Source: Patescibacteria group bacterium | Lineage (GTDB): Bacteria; Patescibacteriota; Patescibacteriia; Magasanikbacterales; GWA2-37-8 | Reading direction: 5' to 3' | Length of the DNA: 27,250 bases | NCBI GenBank assembly: GCA_004321885.1 | Contig: SCQK01000009.1 | Coordinates: forward strand, 1-27,250 | Shown: piece by piece, positions 16,029 to 24,252 of the stretch | Layout: each line of letters begins with the position of its first letter | Numbering within the stretch: position 1 is the stretch's first letter | Program-made: the position numbers and the translations under genes | Notes under the pieces: model-generated | The model's database searches: none | The model's input: the letters and a program-made list of their open reading frames with translations, nothing else | Told to the model about the DNA's origin: nothing

Positions 16029-16982
16029 ATGAAACATCTAATCTCCCTAAAGGAACAAACAAAAGAAGACCTGCTGGAAATTTTGGATTTAGCAAAAAAA
16101 GTTAAAGCCACATACAAGGCCGGTGAGACGATGGAGCCATTAAAAAACAAAACCCTGCTCATGCTTTTTCAAAAAAGCTCCACGCGCACGCGCCTGTCGT
16201 TTGAGGCCGGCATAACCGAACTGGGCGGACACGCCATTTTTCTGGACAGCCGCGCCACGCAATTTTCGCTCACTGATTTCGGCGATGAAATAAAAGCCGT
16301 AATGCGCTTTGGCGACATCCTGATGTTTCGGGCCATGAAAGCGGCGGACGTGGAAAAGGCGGCGGGCTTCAATCAGATTCCGGTGATAGACGGTTGCAGT
16401 GAAAAATATCACCCGTGCCAGGCCTTGGGAGACATTTTGACAATGAGTGAGCATGCCAATGGACTGGAAAACGTGAAAAAAATCACTTGGCTGGGAATTG
16501 AAAACAACGTCTCTAACACCCTGACGCTGGCCGGCGCCAAACTGGGAATTGAAGTGACCATCGCCGCGCCCGAAGCCAACCCGGCCAGCGTGGACGCGGA
16601 GTTAAACGCCCAGGCCTCTGCCGTCGGCAAAGTGACACGCACTTTGAATTTGGCCGAAGCGCTGGCTGGCGCGAATTTCATCCACACCGACACCTGGATG
16701 GATATGGAATTTTTTTCCGACGGAAAAGTGAAGCCGCAATTTGAAGCCGAATACGAACGGCGCAAACGGGTGTTCACGCCTTTTCAACTAAACGCGGGCT
16801 TAATAAACACCCACGCCCCGCAAGCGAAAATTATGCACTGCATGCCGTGTCATGTGGGCTATGAAATTTCACGCGACGCCATAGACCATCCCAATTCAAT
16901 AATTTTTGACCAGGCGGAAAATCGCAAACACATCCAAAAAGCGATTATTCTTTGGCTACTTGGTATTCCCTCCCCTTTATAA
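16029..16982 (+). CDS. ornithine-carbamoyltransferase-family transcarbamylase paralog (substrate uncertain)
   Basis: 'STRTRLSFE', 'HPCQALGDILT', 'HCMPC' (OTC HCLP-type) and a C-terminal 'SIIFDQAENRKH' closely like OTCase. The ornithine-binding 'DxxxSMG' is 'DTWMDME'. Confidence 0.75.
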   Translation: MKHLISLKEQTKEDLLEILDLAKKVKATYKAGETMEPLKNKTLLMLFQKSSTRTRLSFEAGITELGGHAIFLDSRATQFSLTDFGDEIKAVMRFGDILMFRAMKAADVEKAAGFNQIPVIDGCSEKYHPCQALGDILTMSEHANGLENVKKITWLGIENNVSNTLTLAGAKLGIEVTIAAPEANPASVDAELNAQASAVGKVTRTLNLAEALAGANFIHTDTWMDMEFFSDGKVKPQFEAEYERRKRVFTPFQLNAGLINTHAPQAKIMHCMPCHVGYEISRDAIDHPNSIIFDQAENRKHIQKAIILWLLGIPSPL

Positions 16983-17004
16983 GGGGAGGGTTAGGGTGGG
17001 GTAT
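16968..17004 (+). repeat. family B element spanning the OTC-paralog stop and the pyrD RBS
   Basis: 'ccctcccc-tttataa-ggggaggg-ttagggtggggtat'. The TAA stop of the upstream gene is inside the hairpin loop. GGGTGGGG lies 5 nt before the pyrD ATG. Confidence 0.7.
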
Positions 17005-17005
17005 T

Positions 17006-17917
17006 ATGCTCACCACAACTTTCCTCAACAAAACTTTCGCCAATCCCATCGTGCTCGCCTCGGGCATTCTTGGCGTGTCGGCCGCCAGTTTGGCGCGGGC
17101 GGTGAAAGATGGCTGCGGCGGAGTGACGGCCAAGTCGGTCTCGCTTGAACCGCGCTCCGGTCATCCCAATCCCACCACCGCCGGCATGGAGCATTTTTTC
17201 ATCAACGCGGTTGGACTTTCCAACCCGGGCGTGGACGCGGCGGTGGAAGAACTGAAAAAATTCAAAGAATTATCCGTCTCACCGCTCATCGGCAGTATTT
17301 TCGCGGGCACGCCTGAGGAGTTCGCCGTCGTGACGGAAAAAATTTGCGCGGCGCCAATTGATTTTCTGGAAATCAATGTTTCCTGCCCGAACGTAAGCAA
17401 AGAATTCGGCAAACCGTTTGCTTACTCCACCGAAGCCGTGGAAATTATCACCAAAAAAGTAAAAGCCAAAGCGACTGTGCCGATAATAATAAAACTTTCT
17501 CCCAATGCCTGGAACATAGACGAAATCGCGCTGGCGGCCGAAACCGCCGGCGCCGACGCCCTTTGCGCCGTCAACACCATCAGCGGCATGATAATTGACT
17601 GCCACAGCCGCAAACCGATATTGCACAACAAACAGGGCGGGGTTTCGGGTCCGGCGCTGCTGCCTATCGCGCTAAAATGCGTGTATGACATTTACAAAAA
17701 AGTGAAAATTCCCATCATTGGCACAGGCGGCATTTGTTCTGGCGAAGACGCGCTGGCCATGATTATGGCCGGAGCGGCTTTGTTGGGTGTTGGCTCGGCC
17801 GTGTATTTCCGCGGGAGCGAGGTGTTTGAAAAAATTTGCGAGGAGATGGAGAAAATAATGGAAGAGGAAGGGATAAAAAATTTGGAGGAAATCCGCGGCG
17901 CGGCGCACTCATCATGA
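17006..17917 (+). CDS. pyrD: dihydroorotate dehydrogenase (class 1B) catalytic subunit
   Basis: 'NPIVLASGILG', 'GLSNPGVDA', 'NVSCPN', 'IIGTGGICSGEDA'. Start taken at 'MLTTTF' after the element-supplied RBS. Confidence 0.85.
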   Translation: MLTTTFLNKTFANPIVLASGILGVSAASLARAVKDGCGGVTAKSVSLEPRSGHPNPTTAGMEHFFINAVGLSNPGVDAAVEELKKFKELSVSPLIGSIFAGTPEEFAVVTEKICAAPIDFLEINVSCPNVSKEFGKPFAYSTEAVEIITKKVKAKATVPIIIKLSPNAWNIDEIALAAETAGADALCAVNTISGMIIDCHSRKPILHNKQGGVSGPALLPIALKCVYDIYKKVKIPIIGTGGICSGEDALAMIMAGAALLGVGSAVYFRGSEVFEKICEEMEKIMEEEGIKNLEEIRGAAHSS

Positions 17918-17921
17918 ATGT

Positions 17922-18067
17922 CCCCCTCCCCTATTTGCGAAAAGAGTGAGAGAAAAAGCAAACTTGTTGCTTTTTCCGAACGAATGAGCAAATATCCGCA
18001 GATATTAGGGGAGGGATAAACCCCGTTAGAGGTCTGCAGACCTCTAACGGGGTAAAGGGTGGGGTTA
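17922..18067 (+). repeat. compound family B region in the pyrD-pyrK intergenic space
   Basis: 'cccctcccc' (17922) pairs with 'ggggaggg' (18008) across a 70-nt insert that contains AAAAAGCAA-acttg-TTGCTTTTT. This is followed by a perfect hairpin 'ccccgttagaggtctgcagacctctaacgggg' (18021-18052). A 'taaagggtggggtt' SD-like tail precedes the pyrK ATG. Confidence 0.6.
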
Positions 18068-18072
18068 AACGT

Positions 18073-18945
18073 ATGGATAGTACAAAATTCTTAAAAATAG
18101 AAAAAATAACAGACGAAACCCCGTTCGTCAAAACATTCTATTTTAATCATCGCCTAAACAGCAAGCCCGGGCAATTTGTGATGCTCTGGCTACCGGGAAT
18201 TGACCAAAAACCGTTTTCCATCGGCTGGGAAGATGAAAACGGCTTTGCCCTGACTGTGTTCAATCGCGGACCGACGACGAACAAACTGTTTGAAATGAAA
18301 GCCGGCGAACGAGTGGGCATTAGCGGGCCCTACGGTACTTCTTTTTCCGTGCGCCCAAACACGCGCTATATCATGGTCGCCGGCGGCTATGGCGCCGCGC
18401 CTCTTTCTTTTTTGGCCAAGCAGCTATCTGTCATTGCGAGGAGCGTAGCGACGAAGCAATCCCAATCTACAAAAATTGATTTCCTCCTCGGCGCCCGCTC
18501 GGCCGAACACGTGCTATTTGAAGACCGTCTGTCAAAATTACCCAACACCAAAATCCACATCGCCACCGACGACGGCAGTAAGGGACATAAGGGATTTGTG
18601 ACCGACCTGCTTTCATCTGTCATTCCTGCGAAAGCAGGAATCCACGACAACTCACTGGATGCCCGTTTTCACGGGCATGACATATTCGTCTGCACTTGCG
18701 GCCCCGAACTGATGGAAAAAAAAGTTTTGGACGCTTGCAACGTCGCCGGCGTGGAATGCGAAATCAGCATTGAACGCTACATGAAATGCGGCGTGGGCGT
18801 GTGCGGACAATGCGCCGTGGACGACCTGGGCCTGCATATGTGCAAAGAAGGGCCGGTGGTAAGCGGCGCGCTCGCCAGTCAAATTAAAGAGTTCGGCGTC
18901 TACCATCGCGACAAAAGCGGGAAAAAAGTATACTTCGAAAATTAA
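18073..18945 (+). CDS. pyrK: dihydroorotate dehydrogenase electron-transfer (FAD/2Fe-2S) subunit
   Basis: FAD/NAD-binding fold and C-terminal 'CGVGVCGQCAV' cluster motif. Two in-frame family A insertions. Confidence 0.85.
   Translation: MDSTKFLKIEKITDETPFVKTFYFNHRLNSKPGQFVMLWLPGIDQKPFSIGWEDENGFALTVFNRGPTTNKLFEMKAGERVGISGPYGTSFSVRPNTRYIMVAGGYGAAPLSFLAKQLSVIARSVATKQSQSTKIDFLLGARSAEHVLFEDRLSKLPNTKIHIATDDGSKGHKGFVTDLLSSVIPAKAGIHDNSLDARFHGHDIFVCTCGPELMEKKVLDACNVAGVECEISIERYMKCGVGVCGQCAVDDLGLHMCKEGPVVSGALASQIKEFGVYHRDKSGKKVYFEN
18429..18463 (+). repeat. family A half-element in-frame in pyrK
   Basis: 'tgtcattgcgaggagcgtagcgacgaagcaatccc' matches the left 35 nt of the 13111 element with one mismatch. 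Encodes 'SVIARSVATKQSQ'. Confidence 0.75.
18618..18642 (+). repeat. family A short hairpin in-frame in pyrK
   Basis: 'tgtcattcctgcgaaagcaggaatc' matches the pyrC copy at 14899. Encodes 'SVIPAKAGIH'. Confidence 0.75.
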
Positions 18946-18961
18946 GTCCAAAGCCAATTAT

Positions 18962-19006
18962 AAAAAAAGAAAAAGCTCTCATTCCGTGCGATGACGAAAC
19001 GAGAGC
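18962..19006 (-). terminator. rho-independent terminator for the - strand GC-rich gene
   Basis: - strand: GCTCTCGTTTCG-loop-CGGAATGAGAGC (imperfect 11-bp stem) followed by TTTTTCTTTTTTT. Confidence 0.5.
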
Positions 19007-19082
19007 GAAACGAACCGAGGGACCAAGTGACCCAAGCCCTTCCGATTTGGCGAAAGGGCTGAGGCACCAAGGATCCCAGGGC

Positions 19083-19730
19083 CTACTTGCCGCGAGGAAG
19101 GAGATAGGAGGCGCCGAAGCCGTAGACAACCCAGCGGACGTCCAGCACCCAGCGAGCGCCGACCCAGGAGAGACAGGCCACGTAGAGGCCGCCACGCCGG
19201 CCGCGCAAAAGCGTGCCCGGCAGGACGATGATCTTGTCCTGCATCTCCTTCGGGATCTCGGCCTGGCACTCCAGCATACGCTTGCCATCCACCAGGCCGT
19301 AGTTGGCCTTGAGGACGACGGCGCGGGCGCGCATGACCTCGCCGTTGACATAGCCCGGGTCATCGGGCTCGAGGAAGGACACATACTCCAAGTCCTTCAC
19401 CTCGAACTGCGACGGGGCCACATCCTCCACCACCTCCCACTTGCGCTTCTTGCCTGCCTCGTCCTCGTACTCGGGGATGAGGTCGGCGGCGAGCAACTCG
19501 GACGGGAGCTGGTCGCGCTTGATCGATGCCGCCACGCTTTCGCCGTTTTCCTCGCCGATCGGCTCCAGCTTCAGCCGGAGCTTGCCGGCGCGAAACAGCT
19601 CCACGTTCTGCGCGCCCGTCTCACATCCGCCGAACTCCGCCCACAGCTTGAGGATCATGGCCCAGATCTGCTTCCCTGTCAGACCCTCCAGCACGGCCTC
19701 CAGTGTCTTCCCTTCCACTCTCGAACTCAT
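19083..19730 (-). CDS. hypothetical protein in a GC-rich (about 62% GC) inserted segment
   Basis: ATG with AAGGAG 7 nt upstream. Balanced E/K/D/L composition, unlike the Ala/Arg/Leu-rich overlapping frames. Terminator downstream. Interrupts pyrK...pyrE. Confidence 0.5.
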   Translation of the reverse strand: MSSRVEGKTLEAVLEGLTGKQIWAMILKLWAEFGGCETGAQNVELFRAGKLRLKLEPIGEENGESVAASIKRDQLPSELLAADLIPEYEDEAGKKRKWEVVEDVAPSQFEVKDLEYVSFLEPDDPGYVNGEVMRARAVVLKANYGLVDGKRMLECQAEIPKEMQDKIIVLPGTLLRGRRGGLYVACLSWVGARWVLDVRWVVYGFGASYLLPRGK

Positions 19731-19895
19731 GGCTGTTCTCCTTTCCGGCGCCTCGCCAGAATGGCAATTTGCCCCGCCCCGGGGCTCGGGTTTTTATGCT
19801 AAAAATAACAAAGAGCTAACAGCGATTTATATCACAACATTACTGCTTCTGTCAAGCTAAACACCGTCACAACCGCCATATCCTTTCACAAACCC

Positions 19896-19928
19896 TTGCG
19901 CGATTATCTGCGCGATTCTTGCGCGATT
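19896..19928 (+). promoter_or_regulatory. three direct repeats of TGCGCGATT (11-12 bp spacing) just upstream of the fic -10
   Basis: 'ttgcgcgatt' 19896, 'ctgcgcgatt' 19908, 'ttgcgcgatt' 19919. Operator- or iteron-like. Confidence 0.5.
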
Positions 19929-19938
19929 TAATTTTTTA

Positions 19939-19947
19939 TGGTATGAT
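19939..19947 (+). promoter_or_regulatory. extended -10 promoter TGGTATGAT for fic-pyrE-pyrF
   Basis: TGnTATGAT 29 nt upstream of the fic ATG. Same box type as 'TGGTATAAT' at 6712-6720. Confidence 0.45.
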
Positions 19948-19975
19948 ATTGGCAAGGAATTCTTCGGCCTAAACT

Positions 19976-21031
19976 ATGTTTGAACCAAAGTATAAAATCA
20001 CCAATCAAATCATCCAGATGCTCACCGCCATCGCCGAGGCCAAGGCGATTATTGAACGCGCGCGCCTTTTGCCGAAGCACGAACTCAAACTGCGACGCCA
20101 GGCCCTTCTCCGCATGACCCACAGCTCCACGGCCATAGAAGGCAACCGGCTGAATATGCGCGAAGTGGAGGCCGTGGCGGCGCGCAAAAAAGTGGATGCC
20201 CCGGAACGCGAAATCTATGAAGTAAAAAACTACCTGGAAGCGATTCGCTACATTGAAAAAGTCGTAAAAAACAACCAGCCAATCACCGAAAAGATTATCT
20301 TACAAATTCACCGGCTTGTAACCGACAAAACTTTGCCGGCACATTCCTCGGGGCAATATCGCAAAGGGCCGGTGTATGTGGTGCGGCGCTGGAGAGACGG
20401 CCGCCAGGAAGTTTTGTATACCGCGGCTGGCGCCGGACAAGTCCCCGGTCTTATGGCCGGCTTAACGCGCTGGCTCGCTGAAAGTGAAACGCAAAATATC
20501 AGCCCAGTCATCGTGGCCGGTATCGCGCACCAGGAAATCGCGGCTATTCACCCCTTTGCCGACGGTAATGGCCGCACCGCGCGCGCCCTGGCCACGCTTA
20601 TCCTTTACCGACGCGGCTACGACTTTCGCCGCCTTTTCGCCCTGGAAGATTTCTACAACGAAGACAGGCCGTCGTATTATCGCGCCATCAACGTCGGCAA
20701 AAACTACCAACAGCGCCGCGTTGATTTTACGCCATGGCTGGAATATTTTGTGCGCGGATTTAAGGAAGAAATTATTAAAGTGAAAAATAACGTGCTCACA
20801 CTATCGGCCAAAAAGGTTGACAAAAAAATTGAAGCGCAAATTTATCTTGATAAAGACCAGCTCAAAATTTTGGAGTTTGCCGACCAGATGGGAAAAATAT
20901 CCGTGGGCGACGTGGTGGATATTTTGAGTTGTCCCAAACGCACCGCCCAATCGTATCTACAAAAATTAAAAAAACTGAAAATTATCCGGCAAGTCGGCAA
21001 AGGGCCGGCCAGCGGATATATAATAGCGTGA
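19976..21031 (+). CDS. fic: Fic/Doc family protein (class II, N-terminal inhibitory helix) with C-terminal winged-helix domain
   Basis: Fic motif 'HPFADGNGRTARAL'. Inhibitory motif 'STAIEG' ([ST]xxxE[GN]) near the N-terminus. C-terminal HTH-like 'ISVGDVVDILSCPKRTAQSYLQKL'. Stop is 6 nt before the pyrE ATG. Confidence 0.85.
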   Translation: MFEPKYKITNQIIQMLTAIAEAKAIIERARLLPKHELKLRRQALLRMTHSSTAIEGNRLNMREVEAVAARKKVDAPEREIYEVKNYLEAIRYIEKVVKNNQPITEKIILQIHRLVTDKTLPAHSSGQYRKGPVYVVRRWRDGRQEVLYTAAGAGQVPGLMAGLTRWLAESETQNISPVIVAGIAHQEIAAIHPFADGNGRTARALATLILYRRGYDFRRLFALEDFYNEDRPSYYRAINVGKNYQQRRVDFTPWLEYFVRGFKEEIIKVKNNVLTLSAKKVDKKIEAQIYLDKDQLKILEFADQMGKISVGDVVDILSCPKRTAQSYLQKLKKLKIIRQVGKGPASGYIIA

Positions 21032-21037
21032 TTTTTT

Positions 21038-21634
21038 ATGCTCAAGAAACTAATCATCAAACTCCACGAAATCAACGCCGTCAAATTCGGGGAATTCAAA
21101 TTAAAAAGCGGAATAATGTCGCCGATATACATTGACTTGCGGGTGACGATTTCTTATCCCGAAGTTTTGAAAATGGTGGCCGAGGCCATGTGGGAAAAAG
21201 TCAAAGACGTTAATTTTGATTTGATTTGCGGAGTGCCTTACACCGCCCTGCCCATTGCCACGGCCATTTCTCTGGCGCATGACAAACCAATGATCATGCG
21301 GCGCAAGGAAGTAAAGGACTATGGCACGAAAAAAGCGATTGAAGGCGCGTTTGTCGCCGGACAAAAAGTATTGGTGGTGGAGGATTTGGTGACGAGCGGC
21401 AGTAGTGTGTTTGAAACGATTGAACCTTTACAACACGAAGGATTGACGGTGAGCGATATTGTGGTGTTGGTGGACCGCGAACAGGGCGGCCGCAAGCATC
21501 TGGCGGAAAAAGGGTTTAATTTACATTCGGTTTTGACGATTTCGGAAATGTTAGCTGTTTTGGTAGAAGCCAGTAAATTGGACAACGCGATGGCGGATAA
21601 GGTGAAAGATTTTATAAACGCGAATCAAGTATAA
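21038..21634 (+). CDS. pyrE: orotate phosphoribosyltransferase
   Basis: 'KFGEFKLKSGIMSPIYIDLR' and PRPP motif 'VLVVEDLVTSGSS'. Confidence 0.9.
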   Translation: MLKKLIIKLHEINAVKFGEFKLKSGIMSPIYIDLRVTISYPEVLKMVAEAMWEKVKDVNFDLICGVPYTALPIATAISLAHDKPMIMRRKEVKDYGTKKAIEGAFVAGQKVLVVEDLVTSGSSVFETIEPLQHEGLTVSDIVVLVDREQGGRKHLAEKGFNLHSVLTISEMLAVLVEASKLDNAMADKVKDFINANQV

Positions 21635-21640
21635 CAAATA

Positions 21641-21754
21641 CCCCTCCCCCACCCTCCCCTTATAAAGGGGAGGGTGCAATTTTCCTCCCCCTTTATAAGG
21701 GGGAGGCTCGCCACCACACCAAATGCTTTGGTGTGGTGGCGAGGAGGGGGTAAA
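21641..21754 (+). repeat. two tandem family B hairpins plus a 14-bp perfect hairpin and SD tail in the pyrE-pyrF spacer
   Basis: 'ccctcccc-ttataaa-ggggaggg', 'cctccccc-tttataa-gggggagg', 'ctcgccaccacacc-aaatgcttt-ggtgtggtggcgag' (21707-21743), then 'gagggggtaaaaatt' before ATG. Confidence 0.7.
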
Positions 21755-21758
21755 AATT

Positions 21759-22520
21759 ATGAAATACAAACAACGCGCCGAGATGTGCGCCAATCCGACC
21801 GCCAAAAAATTACTTGAATTGATGAATGAGAAACAAACAAACCTGGCGCTGGCCGCGGACGTGACGACCAAAAAAGAACTGCTGGAAATCGCCGACACGT
21901 TGGGGCCGGAAATCTGCGTGCTTAAAACGCACATTGATATTATTGGGGATTTTGATTCTGATTTAATCATCCAGCTTCAGCGCTTATCAGAAAAACACAA
22001 TTTTCTTTTTTTTGAAGACCGCAAATTCGCTGATATTGGAAACACGGTCATGCACCAATACCAAGACGGCATTTATCACATCGCGGACTGGGCGCATATC
22101 GTGAACGCGCACACTGTTCCGGGTCCTGGAATTATTGATGGATTAAAAGAAGTGGGTCTGCCCAAAGGGCGCGGGTTGCTATTACTGGCGGAAATGAGCT
22201 CCAAAGGCGCTTTGGCGAGCGGCGCCTACACCGAAAAAACGATAAAAATGGCGCAGGCCAACAAGGATTTTGTCGTCGGCTTTATCACTATGCGCCAGCT
22301 AATTGACGACCCGTGTTTTATAAACTTCACGCCCGGGGTTCAGCTCGCCCAAGGAGCGGACGCGCTGGGCCAGCAATACAACACTCCGGAAAACGTCATC
22401 GCCAAACAAAAATCCGACATTATTATTGTCGGACGAGGCATTTACAAGGCCGCGGACCCGGTCGCCGAAGCGAAAAAATATCGCGAGGCCGGTTGGAAGG
22501 CCTACACTTCTATTATTTAA
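21759..22520 (+). CDS. pyrF: orotidine-5'-phosphate decarboxylase, eukaryote (URA3)-like type
   Basis: 'YKQRAE...[20 protein letters not shown]...[10 protein letters not shown]', '[16 protein letters not shown]', '[11 protein letters not shown]'. Long collinear similarity to fungal URA3 as I recall it. Start 'MKYKQRAE' after the element RBS. Confidence 0.85.
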   Translation: MKYKQRAEMCANPTAKKLLELMNEKQTNLALAADVTTKKELLEIADTLGPEICVLKTHIDIIGDFDSDLIIQLQRLSEKHNFLFFEDRKFADIGNTVMHQYQDGIYHIADWAHIVNAHTVPGPGIIDGLKEVGLPKGRGLLLLAEMSSKGALASGAYTEKTIKMAQANKDFVVGFITMRQLIDDPCFINFTPGVQLAQGADALGQQYNTPENVIAKQKSDIIIVGRGIYKAADPVAEAKKYREAGWKAYTSII

Positions 22521-23085
22521 TCCTCTGCAGGGCTTCTTTAAGCAACTGCTCGCTGGTTTTACCGTTAGCGTCCAGCTTTTTCACCGCCTCGCGCGCTTCC
22601 TGCGTAGAATAGCCCAACGCTATCAACCCGTCAACCACATCTCCCAATAAACCGCCCTCACTCGTTTCTTCGGCCAGCGCGCCCGCGGCCATTTTCTCTT
22701 TGAGTTCCACCACGATTCTCTCGGCGGTCTTTCGGCCGATGCCGCTTACTTTGGTAAGGTAATCAACATCGCCGCGGCTCACCGCTGAAGCGATTTCATC
22801 AACTGTTCCCAAAGACAGCAAGTGCATGGCGGTTTTCGGCCCAATGCCGCTCACGTTCAAAAACTTCAAAAACAAAGCCCGTTCGCCCTCGTTTTGAAAT
22901 CCGAACAAATCCATCGCGTTTTCGCGCACGGCCAAATAAGTAAAAACTTCCGTTTCCACGCCGACAGGCCACTTCTTCGCCGCTCCCGAATTAACAAACA
23001 AAACATACCCCACCCCGCCCGAGGTCATGAGCGTAATTTCATTACCGCTATTTTTCATTATTTTCCCGCGCAAAATTGAAATCAT
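22513..23085 (-). CDS. ruvA: Holliday junction branch-migration complex subunit RuvA
   Basis: 'MISILRGKI...GGVGYVLFV' OB domain, two HhH '[14 protein letters not shown]' and '[14 protein letters not shown]', C-terminal domain III. Overlaps the pyrF 3' end by 8 nt (convergent). Confidence 0.85.
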   Translation of the reverse strand: MISILRGKIMKNSGNEITLMTSGGVGYVLFVNSGAAKKWPVGVETEVFTYLAVRENAMDLFGFQNEGERALFLKFLNVSGIGPKTAMHLLSLGTVDEIASAVSRGDVDYLTKVSGIGRKTAERIVVELKEKMAAGALAEETSEGGLLGDVVDGLIALGYSTQEAREAVKKLDANGKTSEQLLKEALQRIK

Positions 23086-23121
23086 AAAAAATTAATAACC
23101 AAAAAATCTTAATTAGCAAAC

Positions 23122-24156
23122 TTAAAGTTCTACCCTCACCGAGAGACGGAAACCGCGCTTGGGATCCGGATGCCCGGCATCGTCCCCGTCAAACCCCGCC
23201 TGGGAAAAGCCCGGAACGAAGCACGCGTTCGGCACATCGCCGACTGAAACCGGCAAGTTGATAAAACGCGTCCAGGTATTGCTGTCTATTGGTCTAAGCG
23301 TGGTTGGTTGGGAACCGGTCGGGAATTTTTTTTTGATTAACTGGCTCTGAATGGTTTGCAGGGCGCCGTATTCGTGGGGGTTGGTAATATGGGCCTGCGA
23401 CAGCTTAGAGGCCGCGCGTTCCCGGTTTATAGCGGCGAATTCCGTTTTTTGATCATCCACTGTTTTATTGCAGGTGCGGGGGTCTGGTTTTTGACTGGGA
23501 TTCATCATTGCTATGTAGGGCCTGTCTGGAACGGCTTCCACCAACTCGGCGGCTTTGTCGTTGATAAGCCCGACGAAATGATTCCATTCCAGAAAGGCAT
23601 CGTTCACGTCTCGCTCCTGGCTTTCTTTAATCCAAATCGGCTTAAAGGCCTTTTTGAATTGCTCAACCGTGGTGTTTAGCTGGGTTGTCTTATCCGGCAT
23701 AAATATGGGAATGGAGCCGGCCGCGATCTCCTGTTCTATTGTTTTTCGCTTTTCGGGCGTGAGACGGCCAAAATCAGCCGTGCCGATATTGCCAGCCCAG
23801 GCCTCAAGATTCATAGCACGGTACATTTGTTGGTTGTCTTGCCGGACCTGCATTAAATCCCAGGTCATTTCTTTGTGTTCGTTGGCAATTGGATTTTGCT
23901 CAATACCCGGAATGCCGCTTTCAAGCAGGGCTTCGCGGAAGGGGTTGGTGGCGTTATGGACAGTAAACCGGCCCAAACGCTCTCTTTCTAATTGAGCGAG
24001 TTCATCCGGTGAAACTGTCCGGTACGGGCCACCATTGGCGTTTTGCGGAATATCTGATGGCTCGTCTGGCTGAGGCTGCTCTCCGACAATGCGGCGGTGA
24101 AGCCGATCGACTATTCCTTCGGCGATTCCCTCAATTCTTCCTATTCTTCGTGGCAT
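23122..24156 (-). CDS. hypothetical protein (no recognisable motifs)
   Basis: 344-aa ORF between nif3 and ruvA on the same strand. Normal composition. Start abuts a family B element. Confidence 0.5.
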   Translation of the reverse strand: MPRRIGRIEGIAEGIVDRLHRRIVGEQPQPDEPSDIPQNANGGPYRTVSPDELAQLERERLGRFTVHNATNPFREALLESGIPGIEQNPIANEHKEMTWDLMQVRQDNQQMYRAMNLEAWAGNIGTADFGRLTPEKRKTIEQEIAAGSIPIFMPDKTTQLNTTVEQFKKAFKPIWIKESQERDVNDAFLEWNHFVGLINDKAAELVEAVPDRPYIAMMNPSQKPDPRTCNKTVDDQKTEFAAINRERAASKLSQAHITNPHEYGALQTIQSQLIKKKFPTGSQPTTLRPIDSNTWTRFINLPVSVGDVPNACFVPGFSQAGFDGDDAGHPDPKRGFRLSVRVEL

Positions 24157-24164
24157 ACGTTTAA

Positions 24165-24250
24165 ACCCCCTCCTCTGTCCTCCACCTAAAAGGGGGAGAA
24201 AAGTGACAGTGTTACCCCTCCCTCGCCCTCCCCTTATAAAGGGGAGGGAA
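24165..24250 (+). repeat. compound family B element in the nif3-hypothetical spacer
   Basis: 'cccccctcctctgtcctccacctaaaagggggag...cccctccctcgccctcccc-ttataaa-ggggaggg'. Confidence 0.6.
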
Positions 24251-24252
24251 CT

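Noticed and set aside
19047-19802. 251-aa + strand ORF (and 166-aa - strand ORF 18884-19384) overlapping the GC-rich island
   Set aside because: Ala/Arg/Leu/His-rich low-complexity translation typical of off-frame high-GC DNA, with no RBS. The opposite-strand 19083-19730 ORF has balanced composition and AAGGAG.
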